Assembly (NCBI GenBank): GCA_963716745.1
Contig: OY970320.1
Location: forward strand, 1,952,001 to 2,016,000
Source: an uncultured Gemmatimonadaceae bacterium
GTDB lineage: Bacteria; Gemmatimonadota; Gemmatimonadetes; Gemmatimonadales; Gemmatimonadaceae
Direction: 5' to 3'
Length of the DNA: 64,000 nt
Of this stretch, positions 20,242 to 30,014 are shown one piece after another. Made by a program: the position numbers and the translations under genes. Positions within the stretch are counted from its first letter, which is position 1. Each line of letters begins with the position of its first letter. The notes beneath the pieces were generated by a model. It made no database searches and had not been told where the DNA came from. It saw only the letters and a program-made list of their open reading frames with translations.

Positions 20242-20969
20242 CCGTCGTGCCCGCCGCCGGTGAGCGCGAGGAAGATGTCCTCGAGCCCCTGCCCCGCGAG
20301 TTGCGGCTGGCCCGCAACGATCTCGGCGATCGTGCCGATCGCCACGAGTTCGCCGCGCTGGATCACGAGCAGCCGCGTACAGAGCTCTTCGACGAGATGC
20401 AGCAGGTGCGAGCTGAGTAGCACGGCGGCGCCTTCGCGCGCCCGCGCCGCGATGGTCGTGCGCATGCGGCGGATCCCGCCCGGGTCGAGTCCCGTGAGCG
20501 GCTCGTCGAGGATGAGCGCGGATGGGGAGTGCACGAGCCCGCAGGCGATCGCGAGCTTCTGTTTCATTCCGCGCGAGAGTTCCGCGGGCAACGCCGCGCG
20601 CTTGTCGGAGAGCTCGAGCTCGTTGAGCAGTGCCGGGATCCGATGCGAAGCGTCGGCGACACCGTATAGGCGCGCCGTGAAGACGAGGTGCTCCTCGACC
20701 GTGAGGTACTCGAAGAGCTGCGGTTCGTCGGGGATGAATGCCAACAGCGCTTTCGCCCGCTCCGGCTGCCGCGCGAGGTCGAACGATCCGATCTGGATGC
20801 GCCCGCCCGTGGGATTGATGATCCCGGCGAGGGAGCGGAGCGTGGTGGTCTTCCCGGCGCCGTTCGGACCGACGAGTCCGAGCACTTCGCCCGGCGCGAC
20901 GGTGAACGAAAGATTCTTCACGGCGGTGAACTCGCCGTAGCGTTTCGTGAGCGATGCGACTTCGATCAT
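20238..20969 (-). CDS. ABC transporter ATP-binding protein
   Basis: Walker A GPNGAGKTT, signature LSRGMKQK, Walker B LILDEP, SSH motif. Confidence 0.95.
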   Translation of the reverse strand: MIEVASLTKRYGEFTAVKNLSFTVAPGEVLGLVGPNGAGKTTTLRSLAGIINPTGGRIQIGSFDLARQPERAKALLAFIPDEPQLFEYLTVEEHLVFTARLYGVADASHRIPALLNELELSDKRAALPAELSRGMKQKLAIACGLVHSPSALILDEPLTGLDPGGIRRMRTTIAARAREGAAVLLSSHLLHLVEELCTRLLVIQRGELVAIGTIAEIVAGQPQLAGQGLEDIFLALTGGGHDG

Positions 20970-21031
20970 GCGGGAAGTCTGGAGAGCGTGGTGCGCTGTC
21001 GCAATGCGGGCGGCGTGCTAAATTGTGTGCC

Positions 21032-21397
21032 ATGCGTCGCTCGTGGATGCGCGGTGGCAGCGCCGCGCTCATGGTCCTCTGGATGTCCGCTTCCCTCGCG
21101 GAGCGGGCGGGGCTCGACCATTGCCCGCAACACGATCCGCGCGCCGCGGCCGCGCTGCAGCTGTCGCACCACGAGGGGCATCGTGGCCACGAGCACGGCC
21201 AGCACCAGAAGTGCTGCTGCCTCGAGCAGTGTGCGTGCGCGTCGTTCTTCACGCGGCCGGCCGATCTCGCCGTCGCGCCCGTCGCTCGCATCTCGCATTT
21301 CGACACCCCCTCGCTTCGTACTCGCGAGACCCCGCTGCCGCGCGTCGACACGCGCCTCCCATTCGCCAACGGCCCTCCGCACGCGCTCGCCGCGTAA
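21032..21397 (+). CDS. Small His/Cys-rich exported protein, DUF2946-like leader upstream of TonB-dependent receptor
   Basis: Hydrophobic N-terminus, HCPQH, His-rich tract, CCCLEQCAC, C-terminal PFANGPP. Confidence 0.65.
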   Translation: MRRSWMRGGSAALMVLWMSASLAERAGLDHCPQHDPRAAAALQLSHHEGHRGHEHGQHQKCCCLEQCACASFFTRPADLAVAPVARISHFDTPSLRTRETPLPRVDTRLPFANGPPHALAA

Positions 21398-21466
21398 CGC
21401 CGTTCGCGCTGTCGCAGCACTGATCCTCTCGTAAGTCCACTCATCCCCTGCGGAGGGGGAACATCC

Positions 21467-23524
21467 ATGTATACGGTCCGTTCGAACGCCCGCGCGCTCG
21501 CGCTGGGCGCCTTCTTGATCGGCGCGCCCGCAACCGCCGCGCCCGCTCAGCAGCCTGACACGACGAAGCCGCCGGCCGCGGACAGCACGCGCCGCGCGCC
21601 GGCCGATTCATCGCACCATATGGCATCGATGCCGGTGATCCGCGTGGTCGCCGCGCCCACACAGCGCGCCGACGCCGCGAGCAGCGTGATCATCCTTCCC
21701 AGCGCGATCCGCACGGTGCCCGCTACCGACGCTTGGGACATTGTTCGACAGACGGCCGGCGTCGAGGTCCACTTGCAGGGACAAGGGCCCGGGTTCGCCT
21801 CGGACGCGGCGATCCGCGGATTCACGTCCGACCACTCCACCGATGACGCGGCGTTCATCGACGGCGTGCCGCTGAACGAGACAGTGAGCGGTCACGCCGA
21901 GGGCTACGCCGACTGGAACGCCCTCATCCCCGAAGCGGTGAAAAGCGTCGACGTGACGAAGGGGCCCGCGTCGCCGTGGGCCGGGAATTTCGCGATGGGC
22001 GGCACGATGAACGTGATCACGCTGCCGACGAATCTCGGAACCGAGTGGAGCGCTCGCGTCGGTTCCTGGGGCGACGCACGCGTGCAGCTGCTCACCGGCA
22101 GCGAGGACGCGGACGGGGGCTGGATGTTCGCGGGCGACCTGCAGCGATCGGATGGCTGGCGCGACAACAGCCAGGAGGCGCTGGGCCATGTGATGGTCAC
22201 CAGACAGTGGTTCGTGCCGGGAGCGCAGACGTACACGCTCGCGGTGAGCGGCTACGGCGGCGGCTGGCATTCGCCGGGATACCTCAGCGACTCGCAGTAC
22301 AAAGCAGGCGACCTCACCCCTGCCACGAACACCACCGACGGCGGGAACGAGGGCTTCGGCACGGTGCGCTTCTCGATGGAGCGTCCGGCGTGGGACGGCA
22401 CGCTCACGTCGACGTTGTATGCGCACGGGGGCACGTGGCACATCTTCCTCACGATCCCGCCGGAAGGAGGGATCGGCGAGGGCGTGCAGTCGCAGACCGA
22501 GGAACTCGACCAGCGATTCGGCCTGGGCGGTACCACGCGCTGGGCGAAACAATTCGGCGCCACGCACTTGGAAATCGGACTCGATTACCGCGTGGTGGAG
22601 GCGCAATACCAGCGCTACTACACGACCGACCGCGTGCGTGACTCGATATTCCTGTTCGATGAGACGCCCGCCAACCTGAGCGCGCTGTATGCCGGCATCG
22701 CGCCCATCGTCGAAGCGCACTGGGATGTGACGCGCGACTTGAGTCTCGGACTCGGCGGCCGCCTCGACTGGATCGACTATGGCACCAAACAACGCAGCGG
22801 CGGCCCGACGACCACCGACGGGCAGTGGGTCGGCTCACCGAAGCTCAGCGCGATCTACCGGTTCACCGGCAAGCTCTCCGCGTACGTCTCATTCAACGGC
22901 GGGTATCGGTCGAGCGACGGCGCGATCGTCACGCCGTCGCTGCCGCCAGCGATCGAGCGCGCGAGTGAGCTGGGCGTGCGCTACACCGGCCAGCGACTTG
23001 AAGGATCCGTGGCGCTGTTCCTCATCAACGTGAGCAATCAGCAGACCGTGGACCCGATCACGCTGCAGCCGAGCTCGGGCGGCACGACGCGTCAGCAAGG
23101 CGTGGAGCTCGACGGACGCGTCGGGATCCTGCGTTGGCTCTCGGTGTTCGCGCACGCGACCGTGAACGATGCGCACTACGTGCATCTCGTGACGGAGGAT
23201 GGCACCGATCTCTCCGGATCGCCGGTGTTCCAGGTAGCGAAGTCCACCGTGCAGTTCGGATTGGACCTGCAACACGGTGCATTCGCCGGTTCGATCTGGG
23301 CCGCCTACACCGGGCCCTGGACGCCGGTGAATCAGGTGGGAGTGCTCACGTCGCCGTATACGCTGCTGAACATTCGCGGCGTGTTCCCGGTGGTCGGCGA
23401 TTGGAGCGGCGCGGTGGGCGTTCAGAATATCCTCGACCAGAAGTACGTCGAGACGCAGGCGAGCGGGTTTATCAGCCCGGGCACCCCGCGCCAGCTGCTT
23501 CTGACCATCCGGCACGGGTTCTAA
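21467..23524 (+). CDS. TonB-dependent receptor
   Basis: GGAGG RBS; signal peptide; plug motifs (IRGF, IDGVPLN, VDVTKGPAS); barrel ending QNILDQKY...PGTPRQ...HGF. Confidence 0.92.
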   Translation: MYTVRSNARALALGAFLIGAPATAAPAQQPDTTKPPAADSTRRAPADSSHHMASMPVIRVVAAPTQRADAASSVIILPSAIRTVPATDAWDIVRQTAGVEVHLQGQGPGFASDAAIRGFTSDHSTDDAAFIDGVPLNETVSGHAEGYADWNALIPEAVKSVDVTKGPASPWAGNFAMGGTMNVITLPTNLGTEWSARVGSWGDARVQLLTGSEDADGGWMFAGDLQRSDGWRDNSQEALGHVMVTRQWFVPGAQTYTLAVSGYGGGWHSPGYLSDSQYKAGDLTPATNTTDGGNEGFGTVRFSMERPAWDGTLTSTLYAHGGTWHIFLTIPPEGGIGEGVQSQTEELDQRFGLGGTTRWAKQFGATHLEIGLDYRVVEAQYQRYYTTDRVRDSIFLFDETPANLSALYAGIAPIVEAHWDVTRDLSLGLGGRLDWIDYGTKQRSGGPTTTDGQWVGSPKLSAIYRFTGKLSAYVSFNGGYRSSDGAIVTPSLPPAIERASELGVRYTGQRLEGSVALFLINVSNQQTVDPITLQPSSGGTTRQQGVELDGRVGILRWLSVFAHATVNDAHYVHLVTEDGTDLSGSPVFQVAKSTVQFGLDLQHGAFAGSIWAAYTGPWTPVNQVGVLTSPYTLLNIRGVFPVVGDWSGAVGVQNILDQKYVETQASGFISPGTPRQLLLTIRHGF

Positions 23525-23530
23525 CCGGTA

Positions 23531-23550
23531 AAGTCACCATGTAGTGACTT
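23531..23550. promoter_or_regulatory. Palindrome AAGTCAC-N6-GTGACTT, third copy of the putative TetR operator, at the tetR stop codon
   Basis: Perfect 7-bp arms; same core as the sites at 24171 and 24201. Confidence 0.6.
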
Positions 23551-24157
23551 ACTGATCGGCAGGGCCGAGTAGCGCGCTCACGATATTCGTGAGCGCGCGC
23601 TCGATCCGGCGCCACTCATCGTCGCGGCGCGGTTCCAGCGCGCCGACCGATGCGCCGGGCGCGGCATGCAATGCGAGATGCGTCATCGCGGCGGCCAACA
23701 GCGCGACGATCGCATCGAGATCGACGAACGCGGGAAGCCGGTGGCGTTCGCGCAGCGCCGCGACGATCGCTCGCGCATGCTCAGCTCGCGCCGCGGTGAT
23801 GTCCCGCGCCAGCTCATCGTTCTCCGCCAAGCTCCACACCACGGCTCGCCTCGCGAGCGGGCTCGCGCGCAATTCGCGCGCCGCATCGAGGAGCATCGCG
23901 GTCAGCTCTCGCGAGAGCGACGCGTCGGTCTCCTCCGTGCTTCGCAGCGCGTCCGAATCCGGCCACAGCCGCCGCTCGCGCGCGAGCGCGCGCATGAGCT
24001 GCGCGCGGCCGCCGAAATATCGATAGATGAGCACCTTATCGACGCCGGCCGCGGCGGCCACGGCGTTGATGCGCACTGCCCCGACACCCTGCCGCGTAAG
24101 CAGCTGCTCCGCCGCCGCCAAGATCCGCGCGCGAGTGGCTTCCCTGTCCCGAGGCAT
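23549..24157 (-). CDS. TetR/AcrR family transcriptional regulator
   Basis: RARILAAAEQLL...INAVAAAAGVDKVLIYRYFGG HTH; start ATG 24157 or TTG 24166. Confidence 0.92.
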   Translation of the reverse strand: MPRDREATRARILAAAEQLLTRQGVGAVRINAVAAAAGVDKVLIYRYFGGRAQLMRALARERRLWPDSDALRSTEETDASLSRELTAMLLDAARELRASPLARRAVVWSLAENDELARDITAARAEHARAIVAALRERHRLPAFVDLDAIVALLAAAMTHLALHAAPGASVGALEPRRDDEWRRIERALTNIVSALLGPADQ

Positions 24158-24170
24158 GTCGGTCAATATA

Positions 24171-24216
24171 AGTCACTGTTCAGTGACTAATCAATATATT
24201 GTCACCAATAGGTGAC
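24171..24216. promoter_or_regulatory. Two tandem palindromes GTCAC-N6-GTGAC (putative TetR operators) in an AT-rich promoter region
   Basis: AGTCAC-TGTTCA-GTGACT at 24171-24188 and GTCAC-CAATAG-GTGAC at 24201-24216, directly upstream of tetR. Confidence 0.75.
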
Positions 24217-24428
24217 TTACTGGAAGCCTCACGGCGCGTTGGTTGCGTAGTTGGGCGCTCGTTCGCCCGCGACAGTCGACAGCCCACAGCCGATGCCCGT
24301 ACTTGCTCTTAAGCATTGCCCCCGGCCGCGTTTACCCTATTATCCCCTCGGCGGTTGCCTTTCGTCCGGCCCCGTGTCCTTGCGGTACATGGTGAAAATG
24401 TCCGCTTTTCGCTCGCGAGACTGACCCA

Positions 24429-26540
24429 GTGAGCCACCCGACCGCCACACCCGCCACGGGCGTACCCGCCACGGGCGCAGCCGCAACCGGTTCGATCGAC
24501 AAGCGACTCACCGATTTCCTCCTGGATTTCGGAGTCGCGGTGCAGAAGCATGCGATCTACCCGGCCGGACACCCGCAGCTCACCGCGGCGGTCGAGCGCG
24601 TCATGCGGCGCCTGGATGCGGCGATGGCCAGCAATCGCTCGATCTCGCTGGGCATCGCGCGCACGCAGGTCGTGATCGAGGGGATCGCGACGGATCCCAA
24701 CAACTCGCTCATGAAGGAACTGGCGCAGCGCTTCCACCGGCATCGCCTGGGCTCGATCACGATCAGTCCCGAAGTGTTGCGCGATGAGCTCGCCGACTTC
24801 CTCGTCGCGTCGTCGAAAGACGAGGACCAGGGTCCGCAGATCGCGCTCGCCGCGCAAACGGAACGGTGGCCGCACATCGCTCTGACGTCGGTCGTGTACG
24901 ACAAGCTCGAACTCATGGGCGAGGACAGCGGCCTCACGGACGACGAGGCGAAGCGTGCCGGTGCAAAGCTGATCTGGATCGCGCTCGCCCGCGCGACGCT
25001 CATGCTCGCCGAGGGGATGGCCACGGATGATCTGCTCGATCCGATGACGCTCGCCAGCGCGCTCAACGACAAGAAGGACGACCCCGCGTACGACCAGACG
25101 ATCGTCAGCGCGCTCATGTCGATCACCGAAGCGCTCAAGGGTGCGCAAGGCGAAGAGGCAACGGAGACAGCCGGCAAGATGGCCGAGTTGCTCAAGACGC
25201 TCGCCCCCGAAACGCTCGACCGCCTCATGGAAATGGGCGGCGACGTGGAGCAGCGGAAGCGGTTCGTGCTCGACGCGTCGCAGACGCTCGCGGCCGAAGC
25301 GGTGCTCGTGCTCGTGCAGTCGGCCGCGAAAGCATCCAAACAGACGATCTCGCACACAATGCTGCGGCTCATCGGCAAGCTTGCGCTGCAGGCGGAGAAG
25401 GGCGGCTCGGTGATGCGCGCGGGCGCGAGCCGCGCGCTCAAGGACCAGGTGGAACAACTCGCCGACGACTGGGATCCGCGCCGGCTCAATCCCGACAGCT
25501 ACCAGGATGCGCTCGACCGCATGGCGCAGCGCCGCGTGTTCACGCTCATGCTGCAGCGCCAGCATCCCTGCGAACCGAAGCGCCTCGTGGCCACGTCGCT
25601 CGAGACGGACACGCTCGGCGCGCCCGTCTGGCTGGCGGTGAACCAGTTGATCTCGCACGGCGGCATCGCGATGCTGCTCGACCTCCTGGACCGCGCGCCG
25701 CAGGGCAGCAAAGTAGCCGAGGAACTTTGGCCGCTCGTGGCGACGCCGGAGAATCTGCGCCACCTGCTGCGCGAAGAGCAGATCGACCCGGGGCTCCTCG
25801 AGCGCATCACGTCGCGCATGGGCCTCGACGTCGTCGAGCTGCTCCTGGAAGGACTCGAGACGAGCGAGACGCGCACGATGCGCCGGAAGCTCCTCGACCT
25901 GCTCGCGAAGTTCGGCTCCGACGTGGGCCCGATGGTGATGAAGCGCCTCGAGCAGGAGGACACGCCGTGGTACGTGCAGCGCAATCTGCTCACGCTGCTG
26001 CAGATGCTGCCGTCGATCCCGGACGAGTTCCAGCCGCAGAAATACATGACGCACGGCGACGAGCGGGTGCGGCGCGAGGCGCTCAAGCTCCTGCTGCGCC
26101 TGCCGAAGCTCCGCGCGCAGACGATCATCGCCGCGCTCGGCGATCGCGACGACAACATCGTGAAGCTCGCGATGCAGGCCGCGCTGGAGGATTGCCCACG
26201 CCCGGCGCTGCCGCTCCTCGTGCGGCACGTGCAGCGCAAGTCGATCTCGCCGGAACTTCGCGCGCTCGGCCTCCGCGTGATCGGCGCGGCGCACGACCCC
26301 GCGACGCTCGAGTGGCTGCTCGCGTTCGCCGTGACCAAGACGCGTTTCCTGCGCCGCGACAAGCTCGTGCCCAAGTCGCCGGAGATGCTCGCGGCGCTGA
26401 GCGGACTCGCCAGCGGCTGGAGCGACGATCCGGCGGTGCAGCCGGTGCTCGACCTCGGTCAGAAATCGAAGGATCTCGAGATCCGCGCGGCCGCGACGGC
26501 GCGCCGGAGGCCCAGTGATCGAACCAATTCGATTCCTTAA
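24429..26540 (+). CDS. HEAT-repeat protein, copy 1
   Basis: N-terminal YPAGHP domain; C-terminal HEAT-like repeats (PWYVQRNLL, HGDERVRREAL, DLEIRAAA). Confidence 0.82.
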   Translation: MSHPTATPATGVPATGAAATGSIDKRLTDFLLDFGVAVQKHAIYPAGHPQLTAAVERVMRRLDAAMASNRSISLGIARTQVVIEGIATDPNNSLMKELAQRFHRHRLGSITISPEVLRDELADFLVASSKDEDQGPQIALAAQTERWPHIALTSVVYDKLELMGEDSGLTDDEAKRAGAKLIWIALARATLMLAEGMATDDLLDPMTLASALNDKKDDPAYDQTIVSALMSITEALKGAQGEEATETAGKMAELLKTLAPETLDRLMEMGGDVEQRKRFVLDASQTLAAEAVLVLVQSAAKASKQTISHTMLRLIGKLALQAEKGGSVMRAGASRALKDQVEQLADDWDPRRLNPDSYQDALDRMAQRRVFTLMLQRQHPCEPKRLVATSLETDTLGAPVWLAVNQLISHGGIAMLLDLLDRAPQGSKVAEELWPLVATPENLRHLLREEQIDPGLLERITSRMGLDVVELLLEGLETSETRTMRRKLLDLLAKFGSDVGPMVMKRLEQEDTPWYVQRNLLTLLQMLPSIPDEFQPQKYMTHGDERVRREALKLLLRLPKLRAQTIIAALGDRDDNIVKLAMQAALEDCPRPALPLLVRHVQRKSISPELRALGLRVIGAAHDPATLEWLLAFAVTKTRFLRRDKLVPKSPEMLAALSGLASGWSDDPAVQPVLDLGQKSKDLEIRAAATARRRPSDRTNSIP

Positions 26541-27819
26541 CGCCTTCGGCAAGACGCTCGCCGCGATGGCGCTGTACTCGCCATCGCATCCGGCGCGCGC
26601 GAAATCCACCGCCGCGGCGCTGGAGATCATCCAGAAGCTCCAGCGCACCGAGAATGAGATCAAATTCTCCTTCCTCGGCGACGAAGTCGTGTTCCAGAAC
26701 AAGTCGCTGAAGGAACTCCGCGACTGGGAATGGTCCGACCGCTTCACGCGAAACGGCATCCAGCGATTGGAGTTCGTCGCCGAGGTCACGAAGGAGGAGT
26801 TCGACGACTTCCTCTTCGAGATCATGACGCTGATCACGCCCGGCTGGATCGATCCGCGCCACACGCAGCGCGCGGAAGGCTCCGAGTACAAGGCGATCCG
26901 CTTCGGCGCGATCGGCATCCGCGGCGACCAGGAACAATTCCTCACCGACCCGCTCCCCATCCTCGGGATGAACTTCCCGCTGGACGAGGAGATCGAGACG
27001 ATCGGCACGATCTTCACCGACGTCGAGGCGGGGCGTCCGCTGCCCGCCGCCGAGATCGAAGCGGTGGTGAGCTCGCTCTCGGTGGCGATGCACGGCGACA
27101 GCGAGATCATGATGCCGCTGTTGCAGCTCAAGGAGTTCGATCAGTACACTACGGCGCACTCGCTGAACGTGTCGGTGCTGGTGATGGGGCTCGCCGAGTT
27201 CCTGGGGCTGGGCGGCCGCGATACGCGCGCGATCGGCGTCGCCGGGCTGCTGCGCGACGTCGGCATGACGCGGGTGCCGAAGGAGATCGTCTCCAAAGCG
27301 GGGCCGCCCACCGAGGAAGAATGGGCGTTGCTGCGGATCCATCCGGCGGAGGGAGCGAAGATCATCCTGGGCAGCGAGCCGCAGCTGGATCTCGCGGCGG
27401 TGGTCGCGTTCGAACACCATATGCTGCCAGGCGGCGGCGGCTATCCCAAGACGCACTTCGAGCGGGATCTCCATTTCGCCAGCAAGCTGGTGCAAGTCTG
27501 CGATTGCTACGACGCGCTGCGCACGCGGCGCTTCCATCGCGGCGCATGGACTCCCGAGAGCGCCCTCCGCTACGTGGAGGAGAAGGCCGGCACGGTCTTC
27601 GACGCCGACATCTCGAAGTCCTTCATCACGATGATGCGCCGCTGGGAGCGCCGGATCATGCCCTTCGACGAGGGGCAGGCGATCACGCCGCCGGCGCGCG
27701 TCTCGGGCGAGGTGCCGATCCAGAACGAGCCCTACCGGCGCGGTACGCCCGGGGCAGGGGTCCCCCACATCGGTGGCCGGCCGGCCACCCCCAAGGGGAG
27801 CGGCATCATCCGGTCGTGA
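26515..27819 (+). CDS. HD-GYP domain protein, copy 1 (HD motif reads RD)
   Basis: YTTAHSLNV, LLRDVG, HPAEGA, EHH..GGGYP, CDCYDAL. Confidence 0.88.
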   Translation: MIEPIRFLNAFGKTLAAMALYSPSHPARAKSTAAALEIIQKLQRTENEIKFSFLGDEVVFQNKSLKELRDWEWSDRFTRNGIQRLEFVAEVTKEEFDDFLFEIMTLITPGWIDPRHTQRAEGSEYKAIRFGAIGIRGDQEQFLTDPLPILGMNFPLDEEIETIGTIFTDVEAGRPLPAAEIEAVVSSLSVAMHGDSEIMMPLLQLKEFDQYTTAHSLNVSVLVMGLAEFLGLGGRDTRAIGVAGLLRDVGMTRVPKEIVSKAGPPTEEEWALLRIHPAEGAKIILGSEPQLDLAAVVAFEHHMLPGGGGYPKTHFERDLHFASKLVQVCDCYDALRTRRFHRGAWTPESALRYVEEKAGTVFDADISKSFITMMRRWERRIMPFDEGQAITPPARVSGEVPIQNEPYRRGTPGAGVPHIGGRPATPKGSGIIRS

Positions 27820-27902
27820 CGTGACCGAGGGGCAGACGGTCAGATTCTGAGGGGGAGAACGCCCCCTTTTTCGAGTCGTCCACACCCGTCGCCCACCGCC
27901 GC

Positions 27903-30014
27903 GTGCCCACTACCCAGGCCAGCGCCGACGCACCCGCGCTGCCGCGTGAACTGACCGAATTCCTCGTGGAGCTGTCGACTGCGCTCCACAAGTACACCAT
28001 GTACCCGGACGGGCACCCGCTGCTCGAGACGGCCGCGACGGGCATCGCGCGCCGCCTGAAGCCGATCCTCGCCGAGCGTCCGACATTCTCGATCGGGGTG
28101 GCGCGCGACCATCTGCTCATTGACGGCATGCCGACGGATCGCAACGTCGCCGTGCTGCGGGAACTCGCCGTGAAGCTCTACCGGCGTGAGATCGGCGGCG
28201 TGCGCATCCACGAAGGCGTGGAGGACGTCGAGCTCGTCGAAGTCATGAAGACGGTCGCGCGCGATGGCTCCAAGGCAGGCGAGCGGAACTCGGCCAAGAT
28301 CGCGGCGGTGAAGGATGGGGAGGAGCCCGCGGCGGTCGCGGTACCGGCGCGCGAATGGCCGCATATCCGCCTCCTGCCGCTCTCGTACGACCAGCTCGAG
28401 TTGCAGGACGCGAACGCGAGCCCCGACGACCCGGAGCGCGGCAGCTGGGCGACACAGCTGTGGACGCGGCTCGCGCGCTCGGCGGTCGGCACGGAGATGG
28501 GCGGCGCGATCACGGTGCCCGATTTCACCGGCGATCCGCTCGCGCTCGCCAGCGCCATCGAGCGTCGTGAGAACGACCCTGAATTCGACAAGGGTATCCT
28601 GGGGATGTTCGGCTCGTTCATGGACGAGATCCGGAACAAGGGCGGGCAGGCGGCGAAGGCGCTGCAATCGCGCGTCTCGAATCTCATCGGCAGCCTCACG
28701 CCGCAGACGCTGCAGCGCATCCTCAAGGTCAACACTAATTGGGCGCAGCAGAAGCAGCTGATGCTGAACGCGTCGCACGCGCTCGCGGCCGACACTGTGC
28801 TCGATCTCGCCAAGGCGGTCGCGTCCGCGTCGGCGCACACGATGTCCGAAGCGCTGCTGCTCCTGCTCGCCAAGCTCGCGAAGCACGCCGACAAGGGATC
28901 TCCGGCGCGAAAAGGGAAGGCCGATGCGGCGCTCCGCGAGAACGTGCGCCAGTTGATCAACGACTGGGACCACGCCGCCGAGTTGCCGGAAGAGAACTAT
29001 TGGCAGACGCTCGAGAAACTGATCGCCGAGCCCGCCAAGGAACAAGCGGCGAGCGGCATGTACGACGTGCCAGCTGAACACGTCGTGCAACTCAGTCTCG
29101 AGACGGAGGTCTTCGGCACGACGAGCAAGCACGCGGTGGCGGACATGGTGAAGCGCGGCCAGATCGCCGCGTTGCTCGCGCTCGTGGACGGCACGCCGGA
29201 CGACAACAAGGTCGTGTACACGCTGCGCCGCCATCTCGACAACACGGGCACGATCCGCCGCCTGCTGCGCGACCGCCCGATCGATTTCGAAGTGCTCTAT
29301 CGCCTCGTCTCGCGGGTCGGCTTCCCGGCTGCCGGGGCCCTTCTCGATGCGCTGGAGCAGGAGGATGAGCGCGGCGCTCGGTGGAAACTCTTCGAGATGC
29401 TCACGCAGCTTGGCCCCGAAGTCGGCGATGCCGTCGTGGCGCGCCTGCCCAAGGCGCAGTGGTTCGTGCAGCGCAATCTGCTGCTGCTCATGGGGCGCCT
29501 CACGCAGTGGCCCGCGGGATTCAGCGCCGAGACGTATACGCGCAGTCCCGACGCGCGCGTGCGGCGCGAGGCCTACGCACTGCTGCTGGCCAACGAGAAG
29601 CTTCGCGACAAAGCGATCGCCGACGCCTGTGGCGATGAGGATGAGCGCATCGTGCGCGCCGGCCTGAATGTCGCGGTGGAGCGAGGATGCCCGCGCGACG
29701 CCATGCCTGTGCTCACCGCGCGTCTCGCGGCGCACTCGCTAGAAGGGATGCTGGGCGTGCTCGCGGTGAAGGTGCTGCAGCCGGTGCGGCTGCAGGCGGT
29801 GCTCGACTGCCTGGTCGCAGCGACTCTCGCGCCGAAACGCCGCTTCCAATTCCGCCGGAAGCTCGCACCGAAATCGCCGGTCACAGTGGCGGCGATCGCG
29901 GTGCTGGCGACCAGCTGGAAGCAGGAAGCGGCCGCCCAGAAGGTGCTCGCGATCGCCGCGCGCGAGAGCGACCCCGAGATCCAGGCCGCGTTGCGCGGCG
30001 CGAGGTCCGAATGA
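27903..30014 (+). CDS. HEAT-repeat protein, copy 2
   Basis: Paralog of 24429..26540 (YPDGHP, WPHI.L...YD.LEL, WFVQRNLL, DARVRREA, PKSP). Confidence 0.82.
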   Translation: MPTTQASADAPALPRELTEFLVELSTALHKYTMYPDGHPLLETAATGIARRLKPILAERPTFSIGVARDHLLIDGMPTDRNVAVLRELAVKLYRREIGGVRIHEGVEDVELVEVMKTVARDGSKAGERNSAKIAAVKDGEEPAAVAVPAREWPHIRLLPLSYDQLELQDANASPDDPERGSWATQLWTRLARSAVGTEMGGAITVPDFTGDPLALASAIERRENDPEFDKGILGMFGSFMDEIRNKGGQAAKALQSRVSNLIGSLTPQTLQRILKVNTNWAQQKQLMLNASHALAADTVLDLAKAVASASAHTMSEALLLLLAKLAKHADKGSPARKGKADAALRENVRQLINDWDHAAELPEENYWQTLEKLIAEPAKEQAASGMYDVPAEHVVQLSLETEVFGTTSKHAVADMVKRGQIAALLALVDGTPDDNKVVYTLRRHLDNTGTIRRLLRDRPIDFEVLYRLVSRVGFPAAGALLDALEQEDERGARWKLFEMLTQLGPEVGDAVVARLPKAQWFVQRNLLLLMGRLTQWPAGFSAETYTRSPDARVRREAYALLLANEKLRDKAIADACGDEDERIVRAGLNVAVERGCPRDAMPVLTARLAAHSLEGMLGVLAVKVLQPVRLQAVLDCLVAATLAPKRRFQFRRKLAPKSPVTVAAIAVLATSWKQEAAAQKVLAIAARESDPEIQAALRGARSE

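Noticed and set aside
20242..21468. N-terminal extension making the ABC permease 985 aa
   Set aside because: It overlaps the ATPase in another frame; the real start is probably GTG 20241
24309..27131. 940-aa minus-strand ORF and other long antisense ORFs
   Set aside because: Shadow ORFs of high-GC coding genes on the opposite strand; Arg-rich with no recognisable motifs
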